64,000 nt of DNA from Alphaproteobacteria bacterium (GCA_963422645.2 CAXXVO010000017.1:128001-192000), one strand, 5' to 3'. Positions 28,078 to 38,975 are shown, counted from the stretch's first letter. A program made the numbers and translations. Notes: generated by a model from the letters alone, not told the origin.

Positions 28078-28606
28078 GTGGGGCAAAGCCGTCATGGATC
28101 TAGGCTTCTGCATTGTGCCCTCCCTGCTGCTTCGGGCTCAGGCGAGATTGAGGCTGAGTCCGACTCAGCTGGCGGTGTTGATGCACCTGGCCGATTATTG
28201 GTGGGACGTAGAGCGCAAGCCATGGCCCAAGAAGCAGACGCTCGGCGATCGCCTAAACCTGAGCGCCCGGCAAGTGCAGCGCCATATCGCCCAGCTTGAG
28301 GAAATGGGATACGTCAAGCGAATCGAACGCACAGCCCCCCACAAGGGCAAGCTCAGCAACGAATACGACCTTAGCGGCCTCGTGCAGCGGCTCCAGGAGA
28401 TCGAGCCAGAATTCCGAAGAGTCGAGGAGGAAAACAAAAGGCGTCGTCGGGAAGTGGCTCGCCCAGGTTTCCGTCGGCGACCAGTTGAGGCCCCTGGCTA
28501 GGGCTTCACCCTAGACTGAGGACCCTGTACGCCAAGATCACAGCCCTGAATGTTTGTTGGCAGACCGACATGTCGGGGAGATGTTTCCAGGGTCCGAGGG
28601 CTTCAT

Positions 28607-28640
28607 ATAGGGGCTTCCGGCTATGGCAGGAAGCCCCTAT
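28607..28640. terminator. Hairpin, probable (bidirectional) intrinsic terminator
   Basis: ATAGGGGCTTCC-N10-GGAAGCCCCTAT between convergent genes. Confidence 0.55.
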
Positions 28641-28725
28641 TTCAAATTCGTGGATCAGAATAGGGAGTGCCTTGAGCCGAGAGAGGATCGACACCGACCG
28701 AGTGTTGCGCTGATGTAAACTCGGC

Positions 28726-30015
28726 TCATTCCACCTTGGAAGGGCCCTGGCGCACGAGCTTGGTGCCGAAGCCGCGGCCCCTGACGATGGCGTCCTCCCC
28801 GAACTTTTCGCGCACTGCATCCAGCGCCTTGTTGACCTTGTCCTCGGCGGGTGCGGCACTACTAAAGAGATCGCCCTGGACGGCTTCTGCGGCCGGGGCG
28901 AGGTCATGGGCGCCTATGCCGATCAGGCGGAACGCGCGGCCGTCCGCCTCGCGCGCGAGCAGCGGCTCGGCCGCGCGGAACATCTCGTCCGCCGATTGGG
29001 TGGCGGCGCCGAGGCGGCGGGCGCGGGTGAGGATGCGGAAGTCGGCGGTCTTGAGCTTGAGCGTGACGCCACCGCCGGCGAGGCCAGCTTTCTTCAGGCG
29101 CCGTGCCACCGTCTCGGTAAGGCGCCACAGGATCGGGCGGAGTTTCTCAGGATCGGACAGGTCCTCGTCGAGTGTGATCTCCGAGGAGATGCTCTTGGTC
29201 TCGCGCTCGGGATTGACCGGGCGGTCGTCCTCGCCGCGCGCGCACAGATGGAGCCGCTTGCCGATCTTGCCGTAACGCGCGACGAGCGTCGCCTCGTCGA
29301 GGCGGGCAAGCTCGCCGATCAGCGTGATGCCGTCGCGGGCGAGGCGCCGCTGCATGGCCGCGCCCACACCCCACAGCAACCCCACCGGCTTGTCGGCGAG
29401 GAAGGCGCGGGCCTCGGCCCGGCCGATCATCGCGAAGCCGCGCGGCTTGTCGAGATCGGAGGCGATCTTGGCCAGGAACTTGTTGTAGCTGAGGCCGATG
29501 GAGACGGTGATGGAGAGCGCCTCCTCCACCCGGAGTGCGAGGGCCGCGAGCGTCTCGACCGCGCTCGCGCGGTGGAGCGCTTCGGTGCCGGAGAGGTCCA
29601 TGAACGCTTCGTCGATGGAGAGCGGTTCCACCAGCGGCGTGCACTCCAGCATCATCGCCCGGACTTCGCGGCCGACCGCCGTATACTTCTTCATGTCGGG
29701 CTTGATGACTTCGGCCTCGGGGCAGGCACGAAGCGCCTTGAACATGGGCATCGCAGAGCGCACGCCGTAGGTGCGGGCGATGTAGCAGCAGGCGGCAACC
29801 ACGCCCCGGTGGCGGCCGCCCACGATCACCGGGCGGTCGCGGAGCTCCGGGCGGTCGCGCTTCTCGATGGCAGCGTAGAAGGCGTCGCAGTCGAGATGGG
29901 CGATGGCGAGATTGCGAAGCTCGGCGTGGCTCAGGAGGCGTGCGGAACCGCAGGCCGGGCAGGTGCCGGCTGGGCCGAGCGGCCGGTGGCCGCAGTCGCG
30001 GCACAGTGTCTCCAC
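28726..30015 (-). CDS. dinB: DNA polymerase IV
   Basis: HLDCDAFYA, SIDEAF and NKFLAKIASD; alphaproteobacterial N-terminal CxxC...CxxC. Confidence 0.93.
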   Translation of the reverse strand: METLCRDCGHRPLGPAGTCPACGSARLLSHAELRNLAIAHLDCDAFYAAIEKRDRPELRDRPVIVGGRHRGVVAACCYIARTYGVRSAMPMFKALRACPEAEVIKPDMKKYTAVGREVRAMMLECTPLVEPLSIDEAFMDLSGTEALHRASAVETLAALALRVEEALSITVSIGLSYNKFLAKIASDLDKPRGFAMIGRAEARAFLADKPVGLLWGVGAAMQRRLARDGITLIGELARLDEATLVARYGKIGKRLHLCARGEDDRPVNPERETKSISSEITLDEDLSDPEKLRPILWRLTETVARRLKKAGLAGGGVTLKLKTADFRILTRARRLGAATQSADEMFRAAEPLLAREADGRAFRLIGIGAHDLAPAAEAVQGDLFSSAAPAEDKVNKALDAVREKFGEDAIVRGRGFGTKLVRQGPSKVE

Positions 30016-30297
30016 GGGGCGATCATAGGACTCGAAGCGTGCCGTGCGAAGGCGAATGGAACGCGCCCTGGCATGCGTCGTCCCCAACGAATGACCGCCA
30101 AGGCATGAAATTCGCGGCGCAGGGCATTTCCTCTATCAGCTGTCGCTTGCTATTGCGGGCAGCGTGCGAGGGAGAACCCTGGGAGGGCGTCTCCAAACTG
30201 GCGCCGGCAGCCGCCGGCGCCAGTGTTTGAGCCCTCGGCGACAACAGATGCCTGCCAATCGTCCCGAGATTCGGGGACGTCACCGCTTGGGAGAGCC

Positions 30298-30978
30298 ATG
30301 ACAGTCAAATTCCTCCTGCTCGATGCGATGGATGAATTCCCGGCGCAGCTCAAGGACGACGTCACGGGCGAGCTTGAAGCAGCGAACGGGCAGATCGCGG
30401 ATTTCGTTCAACTGGACCGCCTCGATATCGTCGTGGCGCCCGATGCCTGGGTGGGGCAGGCCTACGGTTTCAGCGGCTATCCGAACAGTCCCGGTCGAAT
30501 CACCATAGGTTTGGACCCGACTTCTCCCCGGCTGCACGACCCTGAGCGGTCCGACAGGCTTCTCGGTACGCTCGCACACGAAATGCACCACGTGGCGCGG
30601 CTTCGAAGCGGTGTCGAGACCTATACCCTGGGCGGTCGCTTCGTCAGCGAGGGGCTCGCCCAATGCTTCGAGGAGGAGGTTGGCGCGCCCACGCCCTTCT
30701 ACGCGGTGGCCCTCGACGACACGGCTCTAAACACGATGGCGGAGCGCGCTCGTCCGCTCCTTTCAGCGACCGACTACGATCACGACGCCTGGATGTTCGG
30801 TCGCAAGGGCGATCCCGATTGGCCCCGAAGTGCGGGGTATTCCCTGGGGTATGCGCTGGTGAGTGCGTGGCTTGCCGAGAGGAATATGTCCGCCATCGAC
30901 GCCGCCGGCGTCCCGGCCACCGAGATAACCGACGACTGGCTGTCCGGTCGGTTGTCTGTCTTCGCCGCGTCCGGCTAG
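30298..30978 (+). CDS. DUF2268 putative Zn-dependent protease
   Basis: HEMHH zincin motif, VSEGLA and AGYSLGY. Confidence 0.8.
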   Translation: MTVKFLLLDAMDEFPAQLKDDVTGELEAANGQIADFVQLDRLDIVVAPDAWVGQAYGFSGYPNSPGRITIGLDPTSPRLHDPERSDRLLGTLAHEMHHVARLRSGVETYTLGGRFVSEGLAQCFEEEVGAPTPFYAVALDDTALNTMAERARPLLSATDYDHDAWMFGRKGDPDWPRSAGYSLGYALVSAWLAERNMSAIDAAGVPATEITDDWLSGRLSVFAASG

Positions 30979-30982
30979 GGCG

Positions 30983-32167
30983 CTACTCGAAGCCGCAGGC
31001 CGCCGCCGTCGTCCCGATCGAGGCCCAGCGGCCCTCCCGCTCGCCGAAGCAACCGTCGCGCCAGTCTCCCTCGAAGATGGTGCCGTCGGCTTGCGCGTAG
31101 GTGCCGTGGCCGTGTGGCCTGCCCTCGCGCCATCCACCCACGTAGCGCGCGCCGGTGGCTTGGGTGAGTGTCCCCTGCCCGTGCTGCTTCCCGTCGCGAA
31201 GCTCGCCCTCGTAGCGGAGGCCGTTGGCCCAGTCCAGAACCCCGCGTCCGTGCATCTTGCCGCCCTGCATGGCGCCGTCGTACACGCCCTCGCCGCTACG
31301 AAAAACCAGGCGCCCGCTGCCTGAGGCCTTGCCGTTCATGCAAGGGCCCGACCAGGTGAGCGGCTCGTAGTCCGTGTTGCCGTAGTTCCACACCTCGCAG
31401 GGCTGGTTCTCCGCGATCGACCAGCTCGAGCCTGAGGCCTGAGGAGAGGCTGACGCCTCGTCCGCCGATGGGGTCGACGCGCTTTCCGTCGCGCGCGGCA
31501 GCTGCTTCACCAATCTCAGGAGTGGACCGTAGATGTACGCCTCATCGCCGCTGCGCGGGTATTCCACCCGCAGCCAGTCTCGCCCCCGGACCTCGCCGGT
31601 CACGTGCAGCTCGTCGCCGGACCTCACCGTCCCCACGATGTCGTAGTCGGGGCTGGGGCCGGTCCTGACATTGGCCGCTTCTCTCGCCGACATCAGGCGA
31701 TTCACCGGCTTTACCCTGTGGCGTCCCCCCAGCGTGGTTTCCAGTGCGCCTTCATCTTCCTGCTCACCGGCAACGTCATCGACCGGGAGAGGATCTTCGG
31801 TCCCGCACTTGGAGCGCTCGAACGAGAAGTGCCCGACGCACGCGCGCGCCTGGTCTCGGAACTTGGGCAGACAGTCGGCGAACTCCTGGTTCTCGGCCTC
31901 GGTGGCGAACCGGTTGTTCTCCCAGCAGAGCGCGATCTTGCGGTCGATGGTGCCGAGGCACTGCGCCCGCTGGGCGGGGAGGTCGGTGTACGTGCCGCCT
32001 TCGATATCGCCGTGCAGGGGCTTCACCACGCGCCCGTCGGGCGTCTCGCACTCGAAGGAGAAGCTCCGGATTTCCGCTTCCGCCGCCTCGGCCCCAGACC
32101 AAAGCATCAGCGCGGCAAGCCCCGCTGCTAGCGCTGCGAAGATGCTTATGCGCATGCGGTGCTGCAT
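30983..32167 (-). CDS. Secreted SH3 + MORN-repeat protein
   Basis: Signal peptide, Cys-rich N-terminal domain, ANVRTGPS SH3b motif and YxGxxxxGxxHGxG MORN repeats. Confidence 0.8.
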   Translation of the reverse strand: MQHRMRISIFAALAAGLAALMLWSGAEAAEAEIRSFSFECETPDGRVVKPLHGDIEGGTYTDLPAQRAQCLGTIDRKIALCWENNRFATEAENQEFADCLPKFRDQARACVGHFSFERSKCGTEDPLPVDDVAGEQEDEGALETTLGGRHRVKPVNRLMSAREAANVRTGPSPDYDIVGTVRSGDELHVTGEVRGRDWLRVEYPRSGDEAYIYGPLLRLVKQLPRATESASTPSADEASASPQASGSSWSIAENQPCEVWNYGNTDYEPLTWSGPCMNGKASGSGRLVFRSGEGVYDGAMQGGKMHGRGVLDWANGLRYEGELRDGKQHGQGTLTQATGARYVGGWREGRPHGHGTYAQADGTIFEGDWRDGCFGEREGRWASIGTTAAACGFE

Positions 32168-32306
32168 GTCCTGCACCAGCCCCTGAGCCCAATCCTGTGA
32201 CCGCCTGGCACGGGTACGTGCCACCGTGGCCTGAGTATAGTACAGGGAGCGGCGGCGCAGAATCCCTGAAGGCATAGCCGCCTCGTCCGGAGAAGGAAGG
32301 CCGCCG

Positions 32307-32726
32307 ATGGAGGCCGACGAGATTATCTCCCGCTACGGGCTGACGCCTCACCCGGAAGGCGGCCACTACCGGGAGATCTTTCGCGCGCACGCGGAAGAGG
32401 GCGGGCGCGGCGCGGTGACCTCCATCTACTACCTCTTGCGGGCTGGCGAGGTCTCGGCCTGGCACCGGGTCGATGCGGTGGAGATCTGGCACTACCACGC
32501 TGGCGATGACCTCTGGCTCGAGCTTTCGCTCGATGGCGTGAAGACCACGAGTCACCGGCTCGGCGTCGGCGACGGTGCCTGGCCGCAGGTCGTGGTTCCT
32601 GTCGGCGCCTGGCAGAGCGCGAGTCCGGAGGGTGCGTGGACCCTGGTGGGCTGTACGGTAGCGCCTGCCTTCGATTTCGCCGGCTTCGAGCTTGCCCCGC
32701 CCGGCTGGCAGCCGGGTGCCGCGTGA
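32307..32726 (+). CDS. Cupin (DUF985) protein
   Basis: LTPHPEGGHYRE, TSIYYLL, WHRVD and CTVAPAFDF. Confidence 0.9.
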   Translation: MEADEIISRYGLTPHPEGGHYREIFRAHAEEGGRGAVTSIYYLLRAGEVSAWHRVDAVEIWHYHAGDDLWLELSLDGVKTTSHRLGVGDGAWPQVVVPVGAWQSASPEGAWTLVGCTVAPAFDFAGFELAPPGWQPGAA

Positions 32727-32747
32727 TTCTCGTGTAGGGACGCCGGG

Positions 32748-34151
32748 TTAGCCCCGCTCTGCGGCGAAGGCTGCGAGCCGCTCCACGACGAAACGGAGCG
32801 ACTCTTCGGTCGTTCTGCGGCTGATGATGCCGAGGCGGACCGCCTCGGGCTCGTCCGACCGAAGCGCCTCGGCCCAGGCCAGTACGCCTTCGGCCCGCAG
32901 ATGCCGGACGGCGTCAGCCGCGCTGAAGGCACCGGCCCGCATCGCCGGGTGAAGGGTGCAGACGACCGGCAACGGCGTCCGGTTCACGATCTCCCACCCC
33001 GCCTCGCGTAGCAGGCGCCGCAGCGTGTCGCCCAGCGCCGCCTCCCCCTCGATCCGCTGTGTTAGCGCCGCCGGCTGGAGCACCGACGTCAGCACCCTGA
33101 GCCCGCTGTTGGCGCGTGAGCCCTGGAGGGACATGGAGGAGAACTCGTGCCGCTCAACGGGCCCGCCGGAGGCGTTGAACGCGCGCTCGACCGCCGCGCG
33201 ATGACGGCAGAGAAACATGCCGCACCCGCCCGCGCCGAGCGGCACCAGAGTCTTGTGGGGGTCGAATATCAGCGAGTCCGCGGTGTCGAGGCCGGCGAGA
33301 CAGGCCTCGCGCAGACGCGGCGAAAAGGCCGCGATGGCGCCCCACGGCGCATCCACGTGGAACCACGCGCCGTGGCGGCGGCAAGCCTCGCCGATCTCGG
33401 CCAGCGGATCGACGATCCCGGACGGCGTCGCACCGACCGAGCCGATGACCATGAAGGGCAGGTACGCGCCCGAAGCGGCGTCCGCCGCCATCGTGTCCTC
33501 CAGCGCGGCCGTGTCCATGCGCAGGTCGCCGTCCACCGGCACGGTACGGACCGACGCGGCGCCGACTAGGTTGCGCGCGTTCTTCTCAATGGAGACGTGG
33601 GTCTGGGGCGTGACGTAGAGGACAGGCCGTACTTGCAGCGGCATCGAGCCGTGGCGCCAGTACTCGTAAGGCTCCTCGCGCCCGGACGCATCTCTGCAGA
33701 GCGCCGGGTCGTAGGCGGTGCAGCGCGGGTTGCGGTGGGAAAGCCGGTCGGTGAGCGCGACGATCATGGCGGTCTGGTTCGCCTCGGTGCCGCAGGCGGT
33801 GAAGTGCCCGGCCCCGCTTTCGGGATCGATGCCGAAGGTCTCCATGATCAGGTCGACGCCGTACTGCTCGAAGGCGGCGGAGGCCGGATGCTGGCCCCTG
33901 ACCGCGACATTCGCGCCGCGGCGGTTGGTCTCGTCCATGGCGGCGATCGAGGCCGCATCGGCATCGATGCAGAAGTAACCCATGTTCAGCGGGCTGCTCA
34001 CATCGGTATCGTAGAGGTCGGCGAGCCGGCGGAAGACCTGCATGAGCCGGTCCACCGGGATATCGCCGGCGCCCGGGTCGAGGTTCTCGCGCACGAGGGT
34101 ATAGAGCGCCTCGAAGGCCGGGGCGTCGCGGGTCGCAGGCGTTTGCATCAT
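32748..34151 (-). CDS. Group II PLP-dependent amino-acid decarboxylase
   Basis: GTEAN, HVSIEK, WFHVDAPWG and DSLIFDPHK (PLP lysine). Confidence 0.85.
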   Translation of the reverse strand: MMQTPATRDAPAFEALYTLVRENLDPGAGDIPVDRLMQVFRRLADLYDTDVSSPLNMGYFCIDADAASIAAMDETNRRGANVAVRGQHPASAAFEQYGVDLIMETFGIDPESGAGHFTACGTEANQTAMIVALTDRLSHRNPRCTAYDPALCRDASGREEPYEYWRHGSMPLQVRPVLYVTPQTHVSIEKNARNLVGAASVRTVPVDGDLRMDTAALEDTMAADAASGAYLPFMVIGSVGATPSGIVDPLAEIGEACRRHGAWFHVDAPWGAIAAFSPRLREACLAGLDTADSLIFDPHKTLVPLGAGGCGMFLCRHRAAVERAFNASGGPVERHEFSSMSLQGSRANSGLRVLTSVLQPAALTQRIEGEAALGDTLRRLLREAGWEIVNRTPLPVVCTLHPAMRAGAFSAADAVRHLRAEGVLAWAEALRSDEPEAVRLGIISRRTTEESLRFVVERLAAFAAERG

Positions 34152-34308
34152 GGCAGAGGCTCCGTAGCCGCGGGCCGCTGGTGCACGCGGAACGACCCTT
34201 CTTTTGTAGCAACCAAGAGTAGACGTGAAGATTCGCGTTTGACATTTTCAAGCATATCTTCAATATACTCGCGATGACTACCCAGTCACCTATGGTAAAG
34301 ATACTGAA

Positions 34309-34800
34309 ATGAGCGATCAGACAGAAAATGCCGGCGCGGACCATGATCTGTTACGCATGACTGCAGATGTGGTGACGGCATATGTCGGCAATAATACCGT
34401 GGCACCGACCGATCTTGGGGAGGTCATTCGTACGGTCCACGCCTCGCTACGGGAGGCGCATGCCGGCGCGACCGCCGTTGCGGCGCCGCCGAAGCCCGCC
34501 GTCCCCATCAAGAAATCGATCACGCCCGACTATCTGATCTGCCTCGAGGACGGACGCGAGTTGAAGATGCTCAAGCGGCATCTCCGCACGACCTACAACA
34601 TGACCCCCGACGAATACCGGGCAAAGTGGGGCCTCGAGGCCGACTATCCGATGGTCGCGCCCAACTATGCGCGGCGGCGGTCGGAGTTTGCGAAGCAGAT
34701 CGGCCTCGGCCAGAAGCGGCGGAAGACCGAGACTTCGGAGAGCGACGTGGCTTCGGCCGAAGGCGGCGCGTCGTCTGCGGGAGGCGGCGGCACCTATTAG
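34309..34800 (+). CDS. mucR: MucR/Ros family transcriptional regulator
   Basis: PAVPIKKSITPDYLICLEDG...LKRHL...YPMVAPNYA; AT-rich upstream region. Confidence 0.93.
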   Translation: MSDQTENAGADHDLLRMTADVVTAYVGNNTVAPTDLGEVIRTVHASLREAHAGATAVAAPPKPAVPIKKSITPDYLICLEDGRELKMLKRHLRTTYNMTPDEYRAKWGLEADYPMVAPNYARRRSEFAKQIGLGQKRRKTETSESDVASAEGGASSAGGGGTY

Positions 34801-34818
34801 CCCCCTCAGGGCCTCGCG

Positions 34819-35727
34819 CTAGCCCGCCTTGCCTTCCTTGCGGCCCGTGGTGGTCACGAGGAAGAGCCCGGCGAACATCAGGACCACCGCGCCCCAGATA
34901 TAGACCGACGGCGCTTCGCCGAAGAACCACATGCCGAAGCCCATGCCGGAGAGTGTCGCGATATAGTTGACGGTGGAGAAGATCACCGGGCCGGCGCGGC
35001 GAATCACCTCGAACACCAGATAGAACGACACGCAGTTGTTGGCCATCGCGCCGATCGTCGCCCCGTGGCCGATGCCGAATGAGCCGCCAAAGGCCCACCA
35101 CTCACCCGTGGCGGCCATCACGATGAGCACGTAGCCCGCCGATGCAAGCATGAGGCCGCCTGCAAGCGGCAGCGAGCCCGTCTCCGGCGGGCGCCAGCGC
35201 GCGACCAGTACGGCGTTGACCGCGTAGGAGAGCGAGGGCAGGAGGCCGAGCGCCACCCAGCCGGCCATGCCGGGCGCCGGCAGGCTCGCCTGCGGCAGCA
35301 GCACCACGAGGATGCCGGCGAGCCCCAGCAGAATGCCGCCGAAACGGAGCACATGGAAGCGATCCTGCCTGAGCGTGAGCGCCAGTGCGTAGATCATCAC
35401 CGGGACCAGCGAAAGCCCGAGAGTGAGCAGACTCGCCGGCACCTTGGCGGCAAGGTAGGCGAGCAGCATGTAGGGGAAGGAGAGGTTCAGCGCGCCGGTC
35501 GTAAGGAATATCCGCAGATGGCGGAAGTCGATGGGCGGCAGGCGGCGCAGGGCGGCAGCCATCAGCATCAGCGCCACGCCCCCGCCGAGCGATTGCCAGA
35601 ACACATAGGCCTGGAAGGGGACGCCGTCGTCCACGGCGAAGCGGTTGAGCGAGATCGCCAGCGCGAAAGAAACGCCGAGGGCGAAGAGCATTCCGATCGT
35701 GACCGGGCTCGGGCGGGCGACGGGCAT
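34819..35727 (-). CDS. EamA/DMT family transporter
   Basis: About 10 hydrophobic segments with an EamA-like repeat. Confidence 0.8.
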   Translation of the reverse strand: MPVARPSPVTIGMLFALGVSFALAISLNRFAVDDGVPFQAYVFWQSLGGGVALMLMAAALRRLPPIDFRHLRIFLTTGALNLSFPYMLLAYLAAKVPASLLTLGLSLVPVMIYALALTLRQDRFHVLRFGGILLGLAGILVVLLPQASLPAPGMAGWVALGLLPSLSYAVNAVLVARWRPPETGSLPLAGGLMLASAGYVLIVMAATGEWWAFGGSFGIGHGATIGAMANNCVSFYLVFEVIRRAGPVIFSTVNYIATLSGMGFGMWFFGEAPSVYIWGAVVLMFAGLFLVTTTGRKEGKAG

Positions 35728-35828
35728 GAGCGGAGCCTCCCACGGATCGCGGCGGTGCCGAAGGATCGGGGCGGTCTTGGTACGTCCCGGCCCGGATGCT
35801 AGAAAAACGCGTCGTTCAGGAGGGAATC

Positions 35829-37043
35829 ATGGGCCAAACCGCCGCGGCCGCCAAGGCCGCACCGTCCCGCACAAAAGCGATGTTCCAGTGGGACGATCCC
35901 TTCCTGCTCGACGACCAGCTCAGCGAGGACGAGCGGCTGGTGCGCGACACCACCCGCGCCTACGCCCAGGAAAAGCTGATGCCACGCATCCTCGAGGCGA
36001 ACCGGCACGAGCGCTTCGACCGCGAGATCATGAACGAAATGGGCGCTCTCGGCCTCCTGGGCTCGACCATCCAGGGCTACGGTTGCGCCGGTGTCAGCTA
36101 TGTCTGCTACGGCCTTGCCGCGCGTGAGGTGGAGGCGGTCGATTCCGGCTATCGCTCGGCGATGAGCGTGCAATCGAGCCTGGTGATGTATCCCATCGAC
36201 GCCTACGGCACCGAGGCGCAGAAGCAGGAGTGGCTGCCTCGGCTCGCAAGTGGCGAGGCCGTCGGCTGTTTCGGGCTCACCGAGCCCGATTTCGGCTCCG
36301 ACCCCGGCGGCATGACGACGCGCGCACGTTCGGTCGACGGCGGATTCCTGATTTCGGGTGCAAAGAACTGGATCTCCAACTCGCCCATCGCCGATGTCTT
36401 CCTGGTCTGGGCCAAGAACGACGAGGGCACGATCCGGGGCTACCTGCTCGAGAAGGGCATGAAGGGGCTGGCGGCACCCAAGATCGAGGGCAAGTTCTCG
36501 CTGCGCGCCTCGGTCACCGGCATGATCCAGATGGACGAGGTGTTCGTGCCGGCGGAAAACGAGCTCCCCGGCGCGAGCGGGCTCCCGGGGCCCTTCCGCT
36601 GCCTCAACCGGGCCCGCTACGGCATCGGCTGGGGCGCGCTGGGTGCCGCCGAGTTCTGTTGGCGTGCCGCCCGCGACTACACGCTGGACCGGCAACAGTT
36701 CGGCCGGCCGCTCGCGGCCAACCAGCTCATCCAGAAGAAGCTCGCCGACATGCAGACCGAGATCGCCATCGGCCTGCAGGCCTGCCTGCGCGTCGGCCGG
36801 CTCTTCGACGAGGGCAGGGCCACGCCCGAGATGATCTCGCTGATCAAGCGCAACTCCTGCGGCAAGGCGCTGGAGATGGCGCGCACCGCCCGCGACATGC
36901 ACGGCGGCAACGGCATCAGCGACGAGTTTCACGTGATCCGCCACGTCATGAATCTCGAGGCGGTCAACACCTACGAGGGCACCCACGATATCCACGCCCT
37001 GATCCTCGGCCGGTCGCAGACCGGCATCCAAGCCTTCGCCTGA
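35829..37043 (+). CDS. gcdH: Glutaryl-CoA dehydrogenase
   Basis: [28 protein letters not shown] and [20 protein letters not shown]. Confidence 0.9.
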   Translation: MGQTAAAAKAAPSRTKAMFQWDDPFLLDDQLSEDERLVRDTTRAYAQEKLMPRILEANRHERFDREIMNEMGALGLLGSTIQGYGCAGVSYVCYGLAAREVEAVDSGYRSAMSVQSSLVMYPIDAYGTEAQKQEWLPRLASGEAVGCFGLTEPDFGSDPGGMTTRARSVDGGFLISGAKNWISNSPIADVFLVWAKNDEGTIRGYLLEKGMKGLAAPKIEGKFSLRASVTGMIQMDEVFVPAENELPGASGLPGPFRCLNRARYGIGWGALGAAEFCWRAARDYTLDRQQFGRPLAANQLIQKKLADMQTEIAIGLQACLRVGRLFDEGRATPEMISLIKRNSCGKALEMARTARDMHGGNGISDEFHVIRHVMNLEAVNTYEGTHDIHALILGRSQTGIQAFA

Positions 37044-37047
37044 CGCC

Positions 37048-38346
37048 ATGGCGCGGCACGGCGGGAAGGGGCAAGCAGCGAGGCTCCTGCTCGGCGCGAT
37101 TGCCGACGACCTCACCGGGGCCACCGACCTCTGCAACACGCTGGTAGCGGCGGGCATGCGCACGGTCCAGGTGATCGGCGTTCCCCGCCCTGAGACTGCC
37201 GCACCCGATGCCGACGCCGTCGTGGTGGCGCTCAAGTCCCGCACGGTGCCGGCCGCGAAGGCGGTGTGCGAGTCTCGCGCGGCGCTCGCCTGGCTGCAGA
37301 AGGGCGGCGCGCGTCAAATCTTCTTCAAGTACTGCTCGACCTTCGATTCCACGCCGCGCGGCAACATCGGGCCGGTGGCCGATGCGTTGCTGGACGATCT
37401 CGGCGCCGATCTCACCATCGCCTGCCCGGCCTTCCCCACCAACGGGCGCACCGTCTACAAGGGGCACCTCTTCGTCGGCGAGGTGCTGCTCGAGAACTCG
37501 GGCATGCGCAACCATCCGCTGACCCCGATGCGGGATTCCAATCTCGTGGCCGTGCTCGGCGCGCAGACGCCCCTCCCCGTGGGGCTGGTCGGGCATGAGA
37601 CCGTACGCAAGGGCACCGATGTGATCCGCCGCGCGCTCGAAGGGCTGCGCGAGACGGGCACGCGCCACGCCGTCGTCGATGCCACCGCCGATAATGACTT
37701 GATGGCGATCGGCGCGGCCTGCGCCGACTTGCCACTCGTCACCGGCGGCTCAGGTGTCGCCATGGGACTGCCGGCGAACTTCCGGGAGAGTGGCCTGCTC
37801 GGAGAGGCCGGGGAGGCGGCCACGCTGCCGGCCGCTTCCGGCTACGCGGTGGTAATCGCCGGCAGTTGCTCGCCCGCGACGCTCGGGCAGATCGAGCACA
37901 TGGCGGCTTCCTGCCCGGCGTTCTTCGTCGATGCCGAAGCGCTCGCCGCGCGCCGGCGGGTGGCGGCGGAGGCGCTGGCCTGGGCGCGTCCCCGGCTCGC
38001 CGACGGGCCGGTGCTGGTCTACGCCAGCGCCGCGCCGGCGCGAGTCAGGCGGATTCAGAAGCAGCTCGGCGCGGACAGGGCCGGCGCGATGATCGAGCGT
38101 TGCCTTGCGCGTATCGCAACCGGCCTGGTCGATGCCGGCGTCGGCCGGCTGGTGGTGGCCGGCGGCGAGACCGCAGGCGCGGTAGTGAGCGCGCTTGGGG
38201 TTCAGGCGCTCCGCATCGGGGCCGAAATCGACCCCGGCGTGCCGTGGACCATGAGTGTCGGCGAGCCCCGGCTCCATCTCGCGTTGAAATCCGGCAATTT
38301 TGGCGCACCCGATTTCTTCACCCGCGCATTCACGGTCCTGCCGTGA
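37048..38346 (+). CDS. otnK: 3-oxo-tetronate kinase (DUF1537 family)
   Basis: GAIADDLTGATD, ALKSRT, FKYCSTFDST and LKSGNFG. Confidence 0.88.
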   Translation: MARHGGKGQAARLLLGAIADDLTGATDLCNTLVAAGMRTVQVIGVPRPETAAPDADAVVVALKSRTVPAAKAVCESRAALAWLQKGGARQIFFKYCSTFDSTPRGNIGPVADALLDDLGADLTIACPAFPTNGRTVYKGHLFVGEVLLENSGMRNHPLTPMRDSNLVAVLGAQTPLPVGLVGHETVRKGTDVIRRALEGLRETGTRHAVVDATADNDLMAIGAACADLPLVTGGSGVAMGLPANFRESGLLGEAGEAATLPAASGYAVVIAGSCSPATLGQIEHMAASCPAFFVDAEALAARRRVAAEALAWARPRLADGPVLVYASAAPARVRRIQKQLGADRAGAMIERCLARIATGLVDAGVGRLVVAGGETAGAVVSALGVQALRIGAEIDPGVPWTMSVGEPRLHLALKSGNFGAPDFFTRAFTVLP

Positions 38347-38975
38347 GTGAGACCGCGCTCCGCAAACAGATTGCTTTACACGGCGAATCCCTTTTCACGC
38401 GCGGCTATGGCTGCGGCGCGTCGGGCAACATCAGCGCGCTGCTCGACGACGGCGTGCTGGTAACGCCGACCAACTCCTGCCTCGGCCGGCTCGACCCCGC
38501 GCGGATCGCGAAGCTCGGGCCTGACGGCACCCACCTCGCCGGCGATCCGCCGTCGAAGGAGGCGTTCCTGCACCAATCCATGTACCGGGCGAGGCCGGAT
38601 GCGCGCGCCATCGTGCACCTGCACAGCACGTGCTCGGTGGCGGTCTCCTGCCTCGCCGACGTCGACCCCGTCGACGTGCTGCCGCCGATCACCGCCTACT
38701 ACGTGATGCGCGTGGGCCGGCTGCCGCTCATCCCTTACTTTCGGCCAGGCGACCGCGCGCTCGCCGACGCCGTGCACGACGCAGCCCGCACGCATCATGC
38801 CGTGCTGCTGGCCAATCATGGGCCCGTGGTGGCGGGGAAAGCGCTGGATGCTGCGGTCTATGCTGCGGAAGAGCTTGAAGAGACGGCGAAGCTGCACCTG
38901 CTGCTGCGCGGCGCGCCGGTCAGGCTGCTCACCGACGAGCAGGTCGCCGAGTTGAGAGAGGTGTTCCCGACCTGA
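38343..38975 (+). CDS. otnC: 3-oxo-tetronate 4-phosphate decarboxylase (class II aldolase family)
   Basis: GASGNIS, PSKEAFLH, VHLHS and LANHGPVV; GTGA overlap with otnK. Confidence 0.85.
   Translation: MSETALRKQIALHGESLFTRGYGCGASGNISALLDDGVLVTPTNSCLGRLDPARIAKLGPDGTHLAGDPPSKEAFLHQSMYRARPDARAIVHLHSTCSVAVSCLADVDPVDVLPPITAYYVMRVGRLPLIPYFRPGDRALADAVHDAARTHHAVLLANHGPVVAGKALDAAVYAAEELEETAKLHLLLRGAPVRLLTDEQVAELREVFPT

Larger units (their letters stand above)
26227..28501 (+). pseudogene. Helix-turn-helix (winged, replication-initiator-like) gene split by IS110 (pieces 26227-26309 and 28078-28501)
   Basis: Removing 26310-28077 restores MRKQEMATESAEVISLRPRGGAKASEQKWGKAVMDLGFCIVPSLLL... in frame. Confidence 0.8.

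Noticed and set aside
8560-28720. att sites or tRNA target bounding the island
   Set aside because: No tRNA and no convincing direct repeat found at the two edges by eye.
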